Shown: positions 45,867 through 57,654, numbered from the whole stretch's first letter. The stretch: 63,361 bases of DNA, filler included, from Licmophora abbreviata (GCA_900291995.1; 19 parts of 19 records of this genome joined end to end with filler, not necessarily neighbours in it), one strand, 5' to 3'. A program made the numbers and translations. Notes: generated from the letters alone by a model not told the origin.

Positions 45867-46781
45867 ATGGCAGACAGAGACGAGAGCAACATAAACAGAG
45901 CTGAGGTTGATAGAAGAGATCCTAGTCGAGGAAAAGGAGGCGGGAGAAAGAGTGGGATGGGTCGAGGGAGAGGACGAGGTAGCCTGCGCCATCAGCCTGA
46001 TTTTTGGAGCCTGGCACGGCCCGAATTTCGCCTCTGGCTAGCTAATATCACCACAAAAGCCGAATACAACAAACTCCCAATAGCCGAACGACGGGAGCTT
46101 CTTCGCGACTTTGGAATTTCGCAGCAACGCAGTGACGCTGAATTACGGGGGTTGCTCCAAAGATTCCTGGCTTCTCACGCCGATCCATACGGTGCGATGA
46201 GCGCCGCGCACTATTCCAGAGATGACTCGCAGAGTGTGCAAGCAGCCTCCATAGCCTACTACGGACTTTGCAACGAAAAGTTCTGTCAGGTGCTTGGAGC
46301 AGTGGATCGGAATCGTGTGAGTGTTATTAATGCTCACATCTGGCCCCGAAGCGCCGCTCAGGACTTGATCCTCTTTGATCTCCAGCCAGCGAAAGTCCAT
46401 GACGAAAGAAATGTGCTGCGACTTCAGAAAGATATTGAAAGAGCATTTGATCACCGGGACCTTACATTCGTTGAAAATGACAAAGGGGCCTTGCTTGTCA
46501 AGGTTATCAACCCCGTCATCCTCTCGGAAACCTTGACAGGTACGACAATGACCTTCAACGATATTCAAGGTACTCCTTTGCTTCTCCCTAGTGGGAACAT
46601 TCCTTTCCGACGTCTTATCGCGCATCATTCCATTTTGTCCCACAAGAACGCTCGCACCCAAGGTTGGATTGGAGACGACCTTTCCGAAGTTGAGGTGAAG
46701 GCGGTGGCTCTGATGGCTCACTCGCTGGACGAAGAAGCTCAGACGCGTTTGAAGCTTTTGTGGAATGCAACACCTACCTAA
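45867..46781 (+). CDS. HNH endonuclease (HNH_2 / Crinkler-effector-type), intronless
   Basis: CQVLG...VINAHIWP...VHDERNVLRLQKDIERAFD..LTF and PFRRLIAHH, the HNH_2 pattern C-x-V...AHI-P...N-x-L-x-L...FD. Confidence 0.75.
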   Translation: MADRDESNINRAEVDRRDPSRGKGGGRKSGMGRGRGRGSLRHQPDFWSLARPEFRLWLANITTKAEYNKLPIAERRELLRDFGISQQRSDAELRGLLQRFLASHADPYGAMSAAHYSRDDSQSVQAASIAYYGLCNEKFCQVLGAVDRNRVSVINAHIWPRSAAQDLILFDLQPAKVHDERNVLRLQKDIERAFDHRDLTFVENDKGALLVKVINPVILSETLTGTTMTFNDIQGTPLLLPSGNIPFRRLIAHHSILSHKNARTQGWIGDDLSEVEVKAVALMAHSLDEEAQTRLKLLWNATPT

Positions 46782-47294
46782 CGTGAAACGACAACATTCG
46801 ATGGAACGCCACGTCCCGCATATTTGACAAATCCTTTTCGGTTTGACAACTATTTTTGGTCAATTCAAGAGATTAGGATGCAACGTCTTCGCGGGAATAA
46901 CTAGGACGAGTGGACGGTCCGGATCGAGGAAATCGATTTCCGCTGTGTGTGCTACCAAGCTACGTGTTGCCACATCCATCAGTAGCGTGATGGAATGGGT
47001 TGTTGTGGATTGACTCACCATGTCGGCTCCCATCAACCGAGATGATTCCATTCCTCATTCTTGCATGACGCCAGCCCTTGTTTGAGTCCGTCCACGTAAA
47101 CTCGCCGACTCGTGCCTGCGGTGGGAATAGGTAGGCAAGAGGAAGCCATCGTGGTAACGGTACTCATATCAAACTCTCTTGTAAGATCCAGTACAGAAAT
47201 GGTACACATAGATAATAGGCATACCTAGGTCTACGTTATCACTCACTCATAAGCTATTGATTTCATAGTATTACAACGGCGCTTGCAATTCCAT

Positions 47295-48746
47295 TCATTG
47301 CTTCTTCCAAGCCATCTCAATGCACCCGACCATCGGGTCAAAGGCGGTCCCTCCATTAAACTCGGAGTTTACATGAATATACTCGGCACTTGAATGGGAA
47401 CAAAAGCGTTCTGACACAAGAATGTGGTCGAATGCCTGAGAGACTCCGTCAAGGTCAATGAACGAGTAGCGCTCCACCTGGCGAATGTCAAATAGTAAGT
47501 TCTTCAACGGAGTACCTTCGAGGTTTCGAAGGGGTGAGACGAACTCATTCTCGAACATACTACCAAGAACAATCACCTTGTCAGGGTCGGTCACGAAAGG
47601 TTCATCCTCCTCGATCAGGAAGCGAATGATGTTGGTTTCCTGGAGGCGGGTGTCTACTCCAGCATTCACTGCTGGGACATTCTGAAGAGTTTCAAATGGC
47701 TGGTTGATACCCATGCGAGGGGCAGATCCTGTCTTGTCAGTCAAGGCAAGATTGACGAGGTCGAATTCCTCCTGCAAAGGAAGGAACTTCAGCTTGACCG
47801 CAAGGTGCCGAGGGACGGGATCGTATGCCCTACCCTTTTGACTGACTGTAGTGTCGTATTGTGAGATACGCCAGCGATTGTACAAGATAGGAGTTCCGTC
47901 GGTGGATCGAATGTAGTTGTACGTGTCACTACCCATTGCGATCGTGATATTTCTAACCAAAGCAGCAAGGTCTACAGTGTCGGCATGCTGAAGAGCGACT
48001 ATGTCCGGGTAGCCCATGTTGTAGACAATGTGTCGAGCAAGAGTCGCGTAGTCCTGGGATTCTTCTATGTTGTACGATCCAACAGACATTTTGAAGGGGG
48101 ACGTCTTGCATGTGGCAACGTTGGGTTCAAGCGTGCTGACCATGTTCATGCCAAATTGCTGGATGAAGCAAGCAAATCAAATTGTCAGTGAGACTGGATC
48201 ACCATACGCAGATACGAAACTTGGTCACAATCAATTACACACCTCGGCCGCGAAAAGTGCGTATGTCCCGCCGACAGTCTGAAACATATGACCAACAACC
48301 GCGTCGAAAGACGTACCGACGTTCACCGCAGGTGTAGCGTCAGCATGCCCAATCAGAGAAATTACCTCCGGCTGAAAATCTCTCGGGGACACGTTGAGGG
48401 TGCCACGGCTGCTCAGCCCAGTTGCGTATCTGCCCTGGTCGCCAACGACAGGGATGGTATTATCGATAGTGGGACCGACGGAGACAGCACCCTCCACCTC
48501 AACAAGCATCGCCTTGAGGCTCTCAAAGAATTTTTGACCTTCATTCACACTTTCAGTAGGAGGAAGCCGTCCATTTATTCCAATGAGAACTGGCTTAGGA
48601 AGAGCGTTTCCGCTCGATACAACGACCACGCTTGCCTCTGTCGTCACGATGGCGGTTCTTGGTTGGGACAACTGAGAAAAGGGAGAGACGCCTTCCACAA
48701 CCGTGCCCTCACGAATGACAACAATATCACCAACAGTGAGTTCCTT
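47295..48746 (-). CDS. Bacterial-type extracellular nuclease-like protein (YhcR/ExeM-like OB region + EEP domain), degenerate active site; 5' end in gap
   Basis: FFESLKAMLVEV..AVSVGPT, SPRDFQPEVI, SYNIE, PDIVALQ, ERYSF...SQAFDHILVS and HVNSEF; intron 48159-48242. Confidence 0.7.
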
Positions 48747-48992
48747 NNNNNNNNNNNNNNNNNNNNNNNNNNNNNNNNNNNNNNNNNNNNTTAATTAATT
48801 AANNNNNNNNNNNNNNNNNNNNNNNNNNNNNNNNNNNNNNNNNNNNTGTGCGCACACAGAAGCATTCCAATCTCCACGACAACTACTCAGTCTTTCATGT
48901 CATCCTTAAGGGTGTACCGAAGCGGTCTAAAGAAGCCGACGTTTACTGATCTCACAATAAAAGTTGAAAACCGGCGGTTGTGCAAAGGTATT

Positions 48993-49962
48993 CTACAGAA
49001 AGTACTGCTCCACCTCATTCCACGTCTTTGGGGACGCCAAAAGCTTAATCGTTTCTTTCATACGACTCTTCTCTTCCTCGGTCATGTAGTCGCTGTAGTT
49101 GCTCGGTGAAAATTCATGCTTTGGATCGGCGACACGGGGCAGTTCCAAAAAGTCGAGAATGGTCTGAAATGTCTCTTCAAATGTTTCTTCAGCATATTCC
49201 TCATAGTGTACCAACAGACTCGGAACCCCAAGCTGCTCAATCGTTTCAAAAGCCATATTGTGCCACTGTACATATTTGAACACCTCTCCGTGACATGGCG
49301 TAACCTTCAATTCGACCATTACGGCATTTGGAAAGACTTCAAATTCATCATTTACATATTTTTCATCCAACTCCTTGCACCACCTCCGAAATCCTTTGGC
49401 ATCATTCGGATGCTGGTCCAGCCACTTTTGATTCTTCCTTTGAATCGCATTCTTGTAGTCGAGATGAAAGCGAGCAACAAAATTGTGCAGCGGGTTCCGC
49501 ACCAAATGAATCGCCTTGTGCACACGCGAGGTGGGATAGTAGAATTCGAGCTTTTCGGCATTGGGAGGCATGTGACCTGACGAGATTCGACAGGCATCTA
49601 TGAAGCTTTCGAGAGTCTCGACATAGTCTTTGGGACCGCACTTGATGCATCGGGACCCGCAGTGTGTCTTGACCATGATGTATTTTGAAGGCAACGGCCG
49701 TGGCTTGCCGAGCTTACCCGACAGGCCCAGCCAGTAGGGACCTTCTTGACGACGCGGGTAAATTGAAAGTGAGTTATCGCCTTCTTTCGTAACTTCGTCG
49801 CCATAGTTGGTGGCGGTACTAAAATTGGAACTGCGAAGCACGCTCATCATGGTGTAGGAGGTACCTGAATTTGGGAAGCTCATGAGCCATACCATTTTGG
49901 GATTAAATTCACCTTCCAAAGGGCCGTTGACGAACCAAGGAGATGATGAATCCTCTCTTCGT
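48993..49962 (-). CDS. Sulfotransferase-like protein, third paralog (5' end in gap)
   Basis: WLMSFPNSGTSYT, VKTHCGSRC and HLVRNPLHNFVARF; visibly very similar to 36535-37737. Confidence 0.8.
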
Positions 49963-50418
49963 NNNNNNNNNNNNNNNNNNNNNNNNNNNNNNNNNNNNNN
50001 NNNNNNTTAATTAATTAANNNNNNNNNNNNNNNNNNNNNNNNNNNNNNNNNNNNNNNNNNNNGCGTCTTTCCCGCAATTTTTTCACGTTGTGATACTTTG
50101 GAAAATAATAAATCATATTACAGCATGAATATAGATAATAAACGGAAAAGGTTGGAATGGCATGCTCCAAGAAAGCTCGGGAGTCGGAAATGGAGCTCGT
50201 TATGAGTTGCTTGGTTGCCGAACCTCTTGATAGAAAAGGTTAGTCTATTCAGGTACCATTTCATCTCTTTGATTCCAATTCTTGTCTTGAGCAACGTCAC
50301 CTTTCAGCAGTGATTCAGAAAAAGTATAGGGCTGGAGTAACAGTATGTTTCTACCGGTTTTATCTCTTGCCTTACGAGCGATCACACATCCTATGATACG
50401 GCACTTCAATCATACTTT

Positions 50419-51225
50419 TCACTCTTCCATTCCTTCTCCCTCATCGTCTTCTTCCTCCTCATCCTCTTCCTCCTCCAGTTGTTCCTTGGCCCAGTTGATA
50501 GCATCCCCCAATACGTCCTTAGGCACTCCCTGATGCTTCCATTGCGTCGCTTCCGACAACCAGCTCATTTCTAGTTCAAACGGCTTGTCCTTGTTTGCAT
50601 CATGCAACATGTAAACAATCTTGCAAATTTGCTTGACAGCATCATCAACGCTCATCGTATTTCCACTCTTGTGCAATTCCAACTTTTCCAATTCCGTCTT
50701 TGCCGGCTGCTTTCCCTTTCCAGAAGCACAAGCGCGGTAGGCATAGGCGACCCCATTCGGTTCGACCATGTGCAAACTGGGACTCTTGGTCACTTCATCG
50801 TATCCAGCCAGCATACAGGATGCACCAAAGGGACGCAGGGCACCGTGGAGAGTAAAGTAATGCACATAGGTAGCCATACGGTCCGCCAGGATCGACGGAG
50901 GAATGGTAGACCCGTAGGTTTCGACATAATTGGCCGCCTCCTCTCGCGCCCGTCCAACGACTTGTCGTCCATCCGGCACGAAGCCCGTCATACTGACTCC
51001 GGCATTGTCCGCGACGGTGAAGACGCGGGGACTGCTCGTGGAGACGAGCATTTTCTGCTGGAGCGGCTTGCAGACGCCGAGGACGACTCCCGCGTCGCCG
51101 CACAAGATGCCAATCATGGTGCCTCCGTTGTCGACGGCCTTGCTGGCGTATTCTACCTGGAAGATACGGCCGTCCGGACTGAAGGTGGAACTGGAGAGAT
51201 CGTAGCCGCTTCCGGAACTCGCCAT
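50419..51225 (-). CDS. PSMA3: 20S proteasome subunit alpha-7 (alpha type 3)
   Basis: GSGYDLSSSTFSPDGRIFQVEYA, GKGKQPAKTELEKL, KDKPFELEMSW and an acidic tail. Confidence 0.95.
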   Translation of the reverse strand: MASSGSGYDLSSSTFSPDGRIFQVEYASKAVDNGGTMIGILCGDAGVVLGVCKPLQQKMLVSTSSPRVFTVADNAGVSMTGFVPDGRQVVGRAREEAANYVETYGSTIPPSILADRMATYVHYFTLHGALRPFGASCMLAGYDEVTKSPSLHMVEPNGVAYAYRACASGKGKQPAKTELEKLELHKSGNTMSVDDAVKQICKIVYMLHDANKDKPFELEMSWLSEATQWKHQGVPKDVLGDAINWAKEQLEEEEDEEEEDDEGEGMEE

Positions 51226-51852
51226 GGTGGTGGAATTTAGAGAGAAGCAAGAGAGAACGGCAACGACAACGACAGCAGCAATGCACTGCGGTGGTCGACG
51301 ACAGTTTCGAGCTTTGGAAGTCTGCCGAATGGAGCCGATAGGGAATCGGGAATCATACGACCGATGACGAATGGAGGCAGTCTATCAGGAATCTGGAATC
51401 ACACAACTCCCGAGGTGCCCTACTGTTGGTTTTTCTGTAGAATTCTGTACTGAATCTACACTGGTATGATTTCTACGTAGAGCGCACGGGATTGTTTTGC
51501 AAACGCACCTTGGCGCCAAAAGAGATGACGAGACGGAGCACACAAATTCTCAGAACAGCGACAAGACAAGCTGCCTTGTTCTTGTTGTTGTTTCCTTTAT
51601 TAATCGTTGCTTCTTTTAATCGAGAGCATTGAACATTGTATTGCCGTTGTTGCATTCAAGGTAAGGAACGATGCGGCGAAAGAGCGATTAAAAGAGAGCA
51701 AGGAACGGCGCCAAACTTTGACACAAACAAAACTACGACTAGAATTTCGGAAATCATGAACTCACGATCTCTCCTTTCTCGCTTTCCTTTTTATTTCCGA
51801 CTCTCAAACTACTTCTCAATTGCTTCAATTAAGCAATCAAGACTACTACGAA

Positions 51853-53667
51853 ATGCAGGACTTGATGATGATGAGCGGAAACGAAAAAATTGCGGCCGAG
51901 TCGATTGACATGGATTTCCTGCGTCACGGCGATTTCTTCGATCACGACGGGCTCTTGTTCGACATTGTCGACCCTCTTCCACCGCCGCTGCTGGATGAAG
52001 TCGACATCATCGACCTTACGACGCCTCCTGACGACTCGTTCGTCCCGACGACGCCTCTGGTTGCGACGTGCGAGCCATCAACAGTCACCACCGTACCTGC
52101 TGGTACTACTTCTACGACAGCGCCGACGCCAGTCCATCAGCTCGATGAGGCTGATCGTATGCTCTGTCACGAAGATTTCCCTGCCTTGGTCAAGCTGGCG
52201 GTGCGTGTCAAGTCGCTTCGTGTCGTGTTGGCATCGCATGGTGGCTTCCTTCAGCATCACGATGCCAGCCAGCACAGTCCCAGTCAAATGGAGCCTGATC
52301 AAGTTGTGGCAGCAGTCTCGCGGATGCAAGAACAGTGTGTGTCCAAGAACAAGACTCGCGGTACGCCTCTCTTGAAGAAGGGAATCTATCCATTGACGGA
52401 CAGTATGCTCGACGAGTCGTTTGAGATTCTACAGCACGAGCTGGAGCGAGGCGAGAAGCTCTTGAGCAAGACTCCGCCCAAGCCACCTGCGCCAGTCAAG
52501 CCGTCCGGGCTTCCGCCTTCGAACAAACGTCGCAAGACGAAGCCAGGCGAGGCGATTGCGGTCAAGTACTCCAAGTGGCAGACAGACATTCTCATGGAAT
52601 GGATGATTGCGCATAAGGAGCACCCCTTCCCAGATGCACAGCAGATCCAAGAGTTGTGTCGCATCACGGGTCTTTCGCATTCCCAAGTGGTCAACTGGAC
52701 GACCAATGTTCGCAAGCGCAACATGAAGGCGACCGTGGATAATGGCAAGAAGCCGCATCACTTCTTGGACTTTTTGTTTCTGGCAGCGGATCGAGACAAG
52801 AGACACGCCAACATGTTGCCTGGAAGTGTCCCCATGACGCCGATTGCCCACTATCCGACGGCGATGGGAGGCCCACCATTCGCCAACACGGATTCGTTCG
52901 GTTCATTCTGTCCGACCGTGTCGCCCATGTCACTGCCGCCTGGATACAACCCGTATCAGTCCTACCCGCCGCCGCGGTCGCCAGTCGTGACCCGGCACCA
53001 CGATGCGTATGAGCCCTTCTCCACTCCTCCCGTCTCGCGCCCTGTCGTAGTTCCTGGCAGTGTGGTTGCCTCCAACCGGCGCAGAGCTGCTTCTTCGCAT
53101 GCCCCACGTGAAGAGGAGTGGGACATGAAATTGCGCGTCGTGAGCGAGTCGTTTGAGGAAGGCGAAATCCCTGAACCAGTCTTGCTGAATCAATTAGAGG
53201 AGGAGTATGAGCCGGACTGTCTCTTGAGCAAGTACGCCCTCCGGTGGCATGACAGCACCGGTGAGGATGAGACAGATACAGCCATTGATGTCACTCCGAT
53301 CGAGGAATCGACGACGGAGTATGAGCAGGACCGTCTCTTGAGCATCTGGGCCCTCCAGTTACAGGGCGACAGTGATGTAGATGTGACAGGTACAACCAGT
53401 ACTACCACTCGGATTGATGCATCAACCGCTGAGGGATCGACAGCGGCAACCTCTGCAGACGACGACTGCTCGTCCATGAAAGGCCAGATATTGGAAGATC
53501 TGTCTCATCACCAAAAGCAGCATGGCGAAAGCAGCAACAAGCGTAAGCGAAAAGAGTCGTTTACCCTTGACTGGGAAAATGATGATGACGACGACTTTAA
53601 TCTCGATCACATCGATGCTCTCGAGGATCGAATGAACCAGCTTTTGGAGGAGGCCATGGACATGTAA
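51853..53667 (+). CDS. TALE-class (KN) homeodomain transcription factor
   Basis: ILMEWMIAHKEHPFPD...LCRITGLSHSQVVNWTTNVRKR. Confidence 0.85.
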   Translation: MQDLMMMSGNEKIAAESIDMDFLRHGDFFDHDGLLFDIVDPLPPPLLDEVDIIDLTTPPDDSFVPTTPLVATCEPSTVTTVPAGTTSTTAPTPVHQLDEADRMLCHEDFPALVKLAVRVKSLRVVLASHGGFLQHHDASQHSPSQMEPDQVVAAVSRMQEQCVSKNKTRGTPLLKKGIYPLTDSMLDESFEILQHELERGEKLLSKTPPKPPAPVKPSGLPPSNKRRKTKPGEAIAVKYSKWQTDILMEWMIAHKEHPFPDAQQIQELCRITGLSHSQVVNWTTNVRKRNMKATVDNGKKPHHFLDFLFLAADRDKRHANMLPGSVPMTPIAHYPTAMGGPPFANTDSFGSFCPTVSPMSLPPGYNPYQSYPPPRSPVVTRHHDAYEPFSTPPVSRPVVVPGSVVASNRRRAASSHAPREEEWDMKLRVVSESFEEGEIPEPVLLNQLEEEYEPDCLLSKYALRWHDSTGEDETDTAIDVTPIEESTTEYEQDRLLSIWALQLQGDSDVDVTGTTSTTTRIDASTAEGSTAATSADDDCSSMKGQILEDLSHHQKQHGESSNKRKRKESFTLDWENDDDDDFNLDHIDALEDRMNQLLEEAMDM

Positions 53668-53853
53668 GAGTCAGTGCAGGGCAGCGTGTTTCGGCACTCT
53701 TGGTTGGGACGAGACGGCATGTAGAATTCGACAGCTTAGCAGTTATACAAAAGAAAAAGTAATCAAACGCTTCGCCCATAGCCTTGACTCACGTATCGCA
53801 TTGTATTGTCGTGTATGGACCGCCATGTATCTGTGTTCGTTCGCTTCCTTCCA

Positions 53854-54584
53854 CTATCCAAACATACTTTTGATGTTATCCACTACACCCTTCTGCTCCT
53901 TCGGTTCGACTGGGGCAATCGCTTCATCTTCTCCTAATCCCTCAAATGCCAGTTTGTATCCGTATTGCAGTTCATCTTTGGATTTTCGCAGCTGCGGGTA
54001 CGCTCGGATGGTGCTCTCGTTTAGCTTTTGGAGATCGCGGAAGAGAGACGACGCGATGCCCGCATCCAACTGCTTCTTGCTCATACCAGCCAGCCAATTG
54101 TTGTCACGATAGTTGCTAGCGAGCGCACGAGACTTATCGTCGCCCTTGAAACTTCCACAAGGATACCACATCTGGAGGGAGTATTGAGCAAAATGTGAGC
54201 GTAGTTCTAGAAACAAAGATTCCCTTTTTCAGTAGTTTCAGTACGAAGACTTCTACGCATCTCAGGAATTCAATATTTCCTACTCACATTGGCTCGTGGC
54301 GTCCGGACGTAGAGATTGAACACAGGCAGTCCATCCGCTCCAGGCTTGCTAGCAGCCGTCATTTGGTCTCTCATTTGGGCCATTTCTTTTTGACGCTCGT
54401 ACTGCGACCGCATCTGTGGTGGCACAGCCTTGCCTTTCTTCATTTCCAAGTTTACCACATTCGTGCTGCCGCTGAGCAAGACAGAGCCGTGAAAGCCCGA
54501 CACGGAATTTCCGACCAAGGAATAGGCCGATGTCGAAGATGCCAACAGAAATAGGGCAGCTACACTAATCATTACGCGAAACAT
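53854..54584 (-). CDS. HHL1: HHL1-like (hypersensitive to high light 1) plastid protein, 2 exons
   Basis: Bipartite presequence ...TSA-YS; intron 54172-54287 joins FNLYVRTPRAN|MWYPCGSFKGD; YPQLRKSKDELQYGYK. Confidence 0.75.
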
Positions 54585-55017
54585 GGTAAGATAGAGGTGG
54601 AAACTGTCAGCAGTACGATCGAAATTGGCGTGATTGTGAGACAGGGTGAGCGGCTTGAATGCTTCGAAAGATGATGACAAAGAAAACCCATCGACGTCAG
54701 TGAAAGTCCGGGTCCTATCATCTTCGGGGAGCCGTCCACAACCAACGTCTGGCCGCGCACCCGTTGAGACTTGCTGTGTCCATTACTGACAAGTGTTGCG
54801 CGCCGTCGTAGTCTACAGACTGATGCACTACCAGTTGAACTAACACAGTCTATAGAGTGCTCTAACCCAGCAGGGACTGACTCAATGAAGGGCGCCATCG
54901 TACAATAGTAAAAAGGTTCGGTGCGTAGAAATAAGGATGTCGAGTTCGTCGAGACGCTAGCTTTCCTTCTCCTCTAAAACCAACATTCACGACCCGCCCT
55001 CCTCAGTGTTTATACAT

Positions 55018-56776
55018 TCAAGCGCGACTGTGCCCATTCTCTGAAGTCACCGCCGCCGTGCCACTCTTGCTGAGAGGGAGGCATCCCGTTTCTCGTGCCA
55101 TCGTCTCAAACTCTTCCATCATGGACGGCGCCGTCGGGACATCCAGCGACAAATCAGGCAAGATTTTGTGAAGCCGCGACACACCCTTGGCGACCTGATA
55201 CTCGGACACAATGGCATTCTCGACAAGAAAGGCAAACAAAGCCACCATGGCATCCAAGGCATCGGAAGGATCCGCCGCAGACTCCATCGCAACCGTCACT
55301 CCTCGTTTCACCAATTCATGATGAAAATGCGCCGCCTTCATCTCTCGTACGCACCGCGCTGCTTCGTCCAATTCCCGACTGAGCAAGTACTCCTTCAAGA
55401 GCTGATCCATGACCTGCTTCAGTTCTGCCACGGGCCGTCCGTCTCCCGGACCCCACACCTTTTCAAGACGGGCCGTGCAGTGTTCGCGTGACAAGAGTCC
55501 GACAGCCTTCTCCAACACGAGCTCTCCCGGATGATCGTTGTTCTGCGCGGACAGGAAGGCCGGGGGCAGCACCTCGTCGACGACTGCGCGAGCCAAGAAG
55601 GAGCCCACCATGGACTGTGTTTGTTGGAACAAAGGTATCAGGGACGTGAGGGTACACCGAGCAACAACACATACAAACGCAATCTATAAAAAGTAGACAA
55701 GACTCCCTCTCACCTTGGCATCAGGAATGTCAATACTCAAGTCATCCAAGGAGCGCAGCAAGAGATCAAAGCCGCCCTCCATATCCGTTTCACTCAATGG
55801 TGTCGGATGCAGACACGTCAAAAGGCGACTGACCAGTTCCCGTTCACGCGGACCCTTGTCCAGACTCAAACCAACCGCCTTCTTGACGACTTCTGGATGA
55901 AAGCTGGGACACTTGGTCTCCTCAATGCTCCGAATGACCTCATCCGCATCAGAGGAGTCAAAGTACTCTTGAATGGCCTGCGTAAGTTGAATCTTGAATT
56001 CCGACAGAGTCAGCATATTGCCGTAAATGGCCTTTTCGGCAATCGTGTCATACTCGCCAGTAGCACCCGCCAGGGGATCGCCCGATGCCAAAATGAACTT
56101 GCCACTTTCCATTTCTGCCTCATCGTAGAGAGGGTCGTCCTTGTCCAGGATATCTCCATCACTATTATCATGTCCTGATGCTTCTAACAGTTCACTCCAC
56201 TGTCCCTTGCCGTGACCGCCTTGTTTCTTGTTGCGACTGTCGTAGGAAGCGTCGGATTTTTTCCGGGTAATGTTGCGACGGGCCGTGCCAACATCCTTGA
56301 CCTTGGTGTCGTGTTGGTCTTGCGCGGTGTCGTTGTGACTGCGGACCTTGGCAGCCTTGGTTTGGACTTGAGAGGACACGGCACGAACGCCTTGTCCGGA
56401 AGGATTGTGGACTTTGCCCTGTAGCAATCAATACAACAGATTCGAGAGTTGAAAGGAAATGTGAGCTGGAATAATATTGATGGGACACACGAAGCACCAG
56501 GAGACTGGACGTTCCGACTGTTGCTGGAGCATCCCTGTGTCCTTGGTGTAGGATAGTGCACGCAGTCATCATCAAGCAAGCAATGAATGAATGCGAGCAT
56601 CGAACATCGTCGGATGGTAGGTTTGATTCTGTCATGTCTGTCTCTCTCTCTTGGCTTGATTGACACACAATGGAACATGGAATCTCTCCATGTCTTGTTT
56701 TCCATCAGTTTCAACATTCCAAATTCCTTACCATGGTCTCGACCGTCACTTCGGGTCGCTTCGAGAACTCGGCCAT
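55018..56776 (-). CDS. PDCD4: PDCD4-like MA3-domain translation repressor, 3 exons
   Basis: Exon 1 MAEFSKRPEVTVETM (56776-56732); introns 56419-56731 and 55615-55713. KKQGGHGKGQW, DKDDPLYD and two MA3 domains (IQEYF...DLSIDIPDA; LLKEYLLSRELDEA...DLSLDVP). Confidence 0.9.
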
Positions 56777-56914
56777 TCTTTTTGGGATGAAAAGGCGAGA
56801 GGGATCTTTGTGTCAGTGTGAGAGGACGTTCCGGGTAAGGAGCGTCTCTCTAGATGCGACAGAAGTGCAACAGAAGAAGGAAAAGAATGAAAGAGCAATG
56901 AGGAGCGACAGCAA

Positions 56915-57445
56915 CGACCACGCGATGATGTGTTTGATCTCGAAAAAGATCCGCACGAGCGGGGCATTTGGACTTGACACCTTCTACGAGAAGTCGGGTA
57001 GAAAGTGCACGGAGAGTCTACTCAGTCGACTTGTTCGACTCAGAACGTACATGTCTGATTGACTGCACTGCAATCCTTTCCTTGTACACATGATACACTC
57101 TAGCGATTACTAAATTNNNNNNNNNNNNNNNNNNNNNNNNNNNNNNNNNNNNNNNNNNNNTTAATTAATTAANNNNNNNNNNNNNNNNNNNNNNNNNNNN
57201 NNNNNNNNNNNNNNNNCGACCACGCGATGATGTGTTTGATCTCGAGAAAGATCCGCACGAGCGGGGCATTTGGACTTGACACCTTCTACGAGAAGTCTGG
57301 TAGAAAGTGCACGGAGAGTCTACTCAGTCGACTTGTTCGACTCAGAAGGAATTCAGGATGGCGATTGATTGCTGGATACATGTCTGATTGACTGCACTGC
57401 AATCCTTGGCTTGTACACATGATACACTCTAGCGATTACTAAATT
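56915..57445. repeat. Near-identical duplicate flanking a gap (56915-57116 vs 57217-57445), probably two alleles
   Basis: The same sequence occurs on both sides of the gap, with a few SNPs and one ~27-nt indel. Confidence 0.8.
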
Positions 57446-57654
57446 CCTACTCAGTATTTAGCAAAGATTGAAAGGCTCCTAGAGGCAGTCAGGTCGTCGA
57501 TTGGACTACTGTTATAGATGCCAACGAAGCCCCTACCCGCATCATCTAGTTGCAAGCAAGGCAGCAAGTACTCTAGGAAAGAACCTTTCTCTAGAGAAAC
57601 CCGTCTCCATCCATCCTCAGTGCGATTCACTTCTTCCTCTTCCTACTCATTCTA

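Noticed and set aside
50602..51286. Long antisense and alternate-frame ORFs over PSMA3 (also over VTC4, the HNH gene and others)
   Set aside because: Shadow ORFs expected from codon bias at ~50% GC; no independent motifs.
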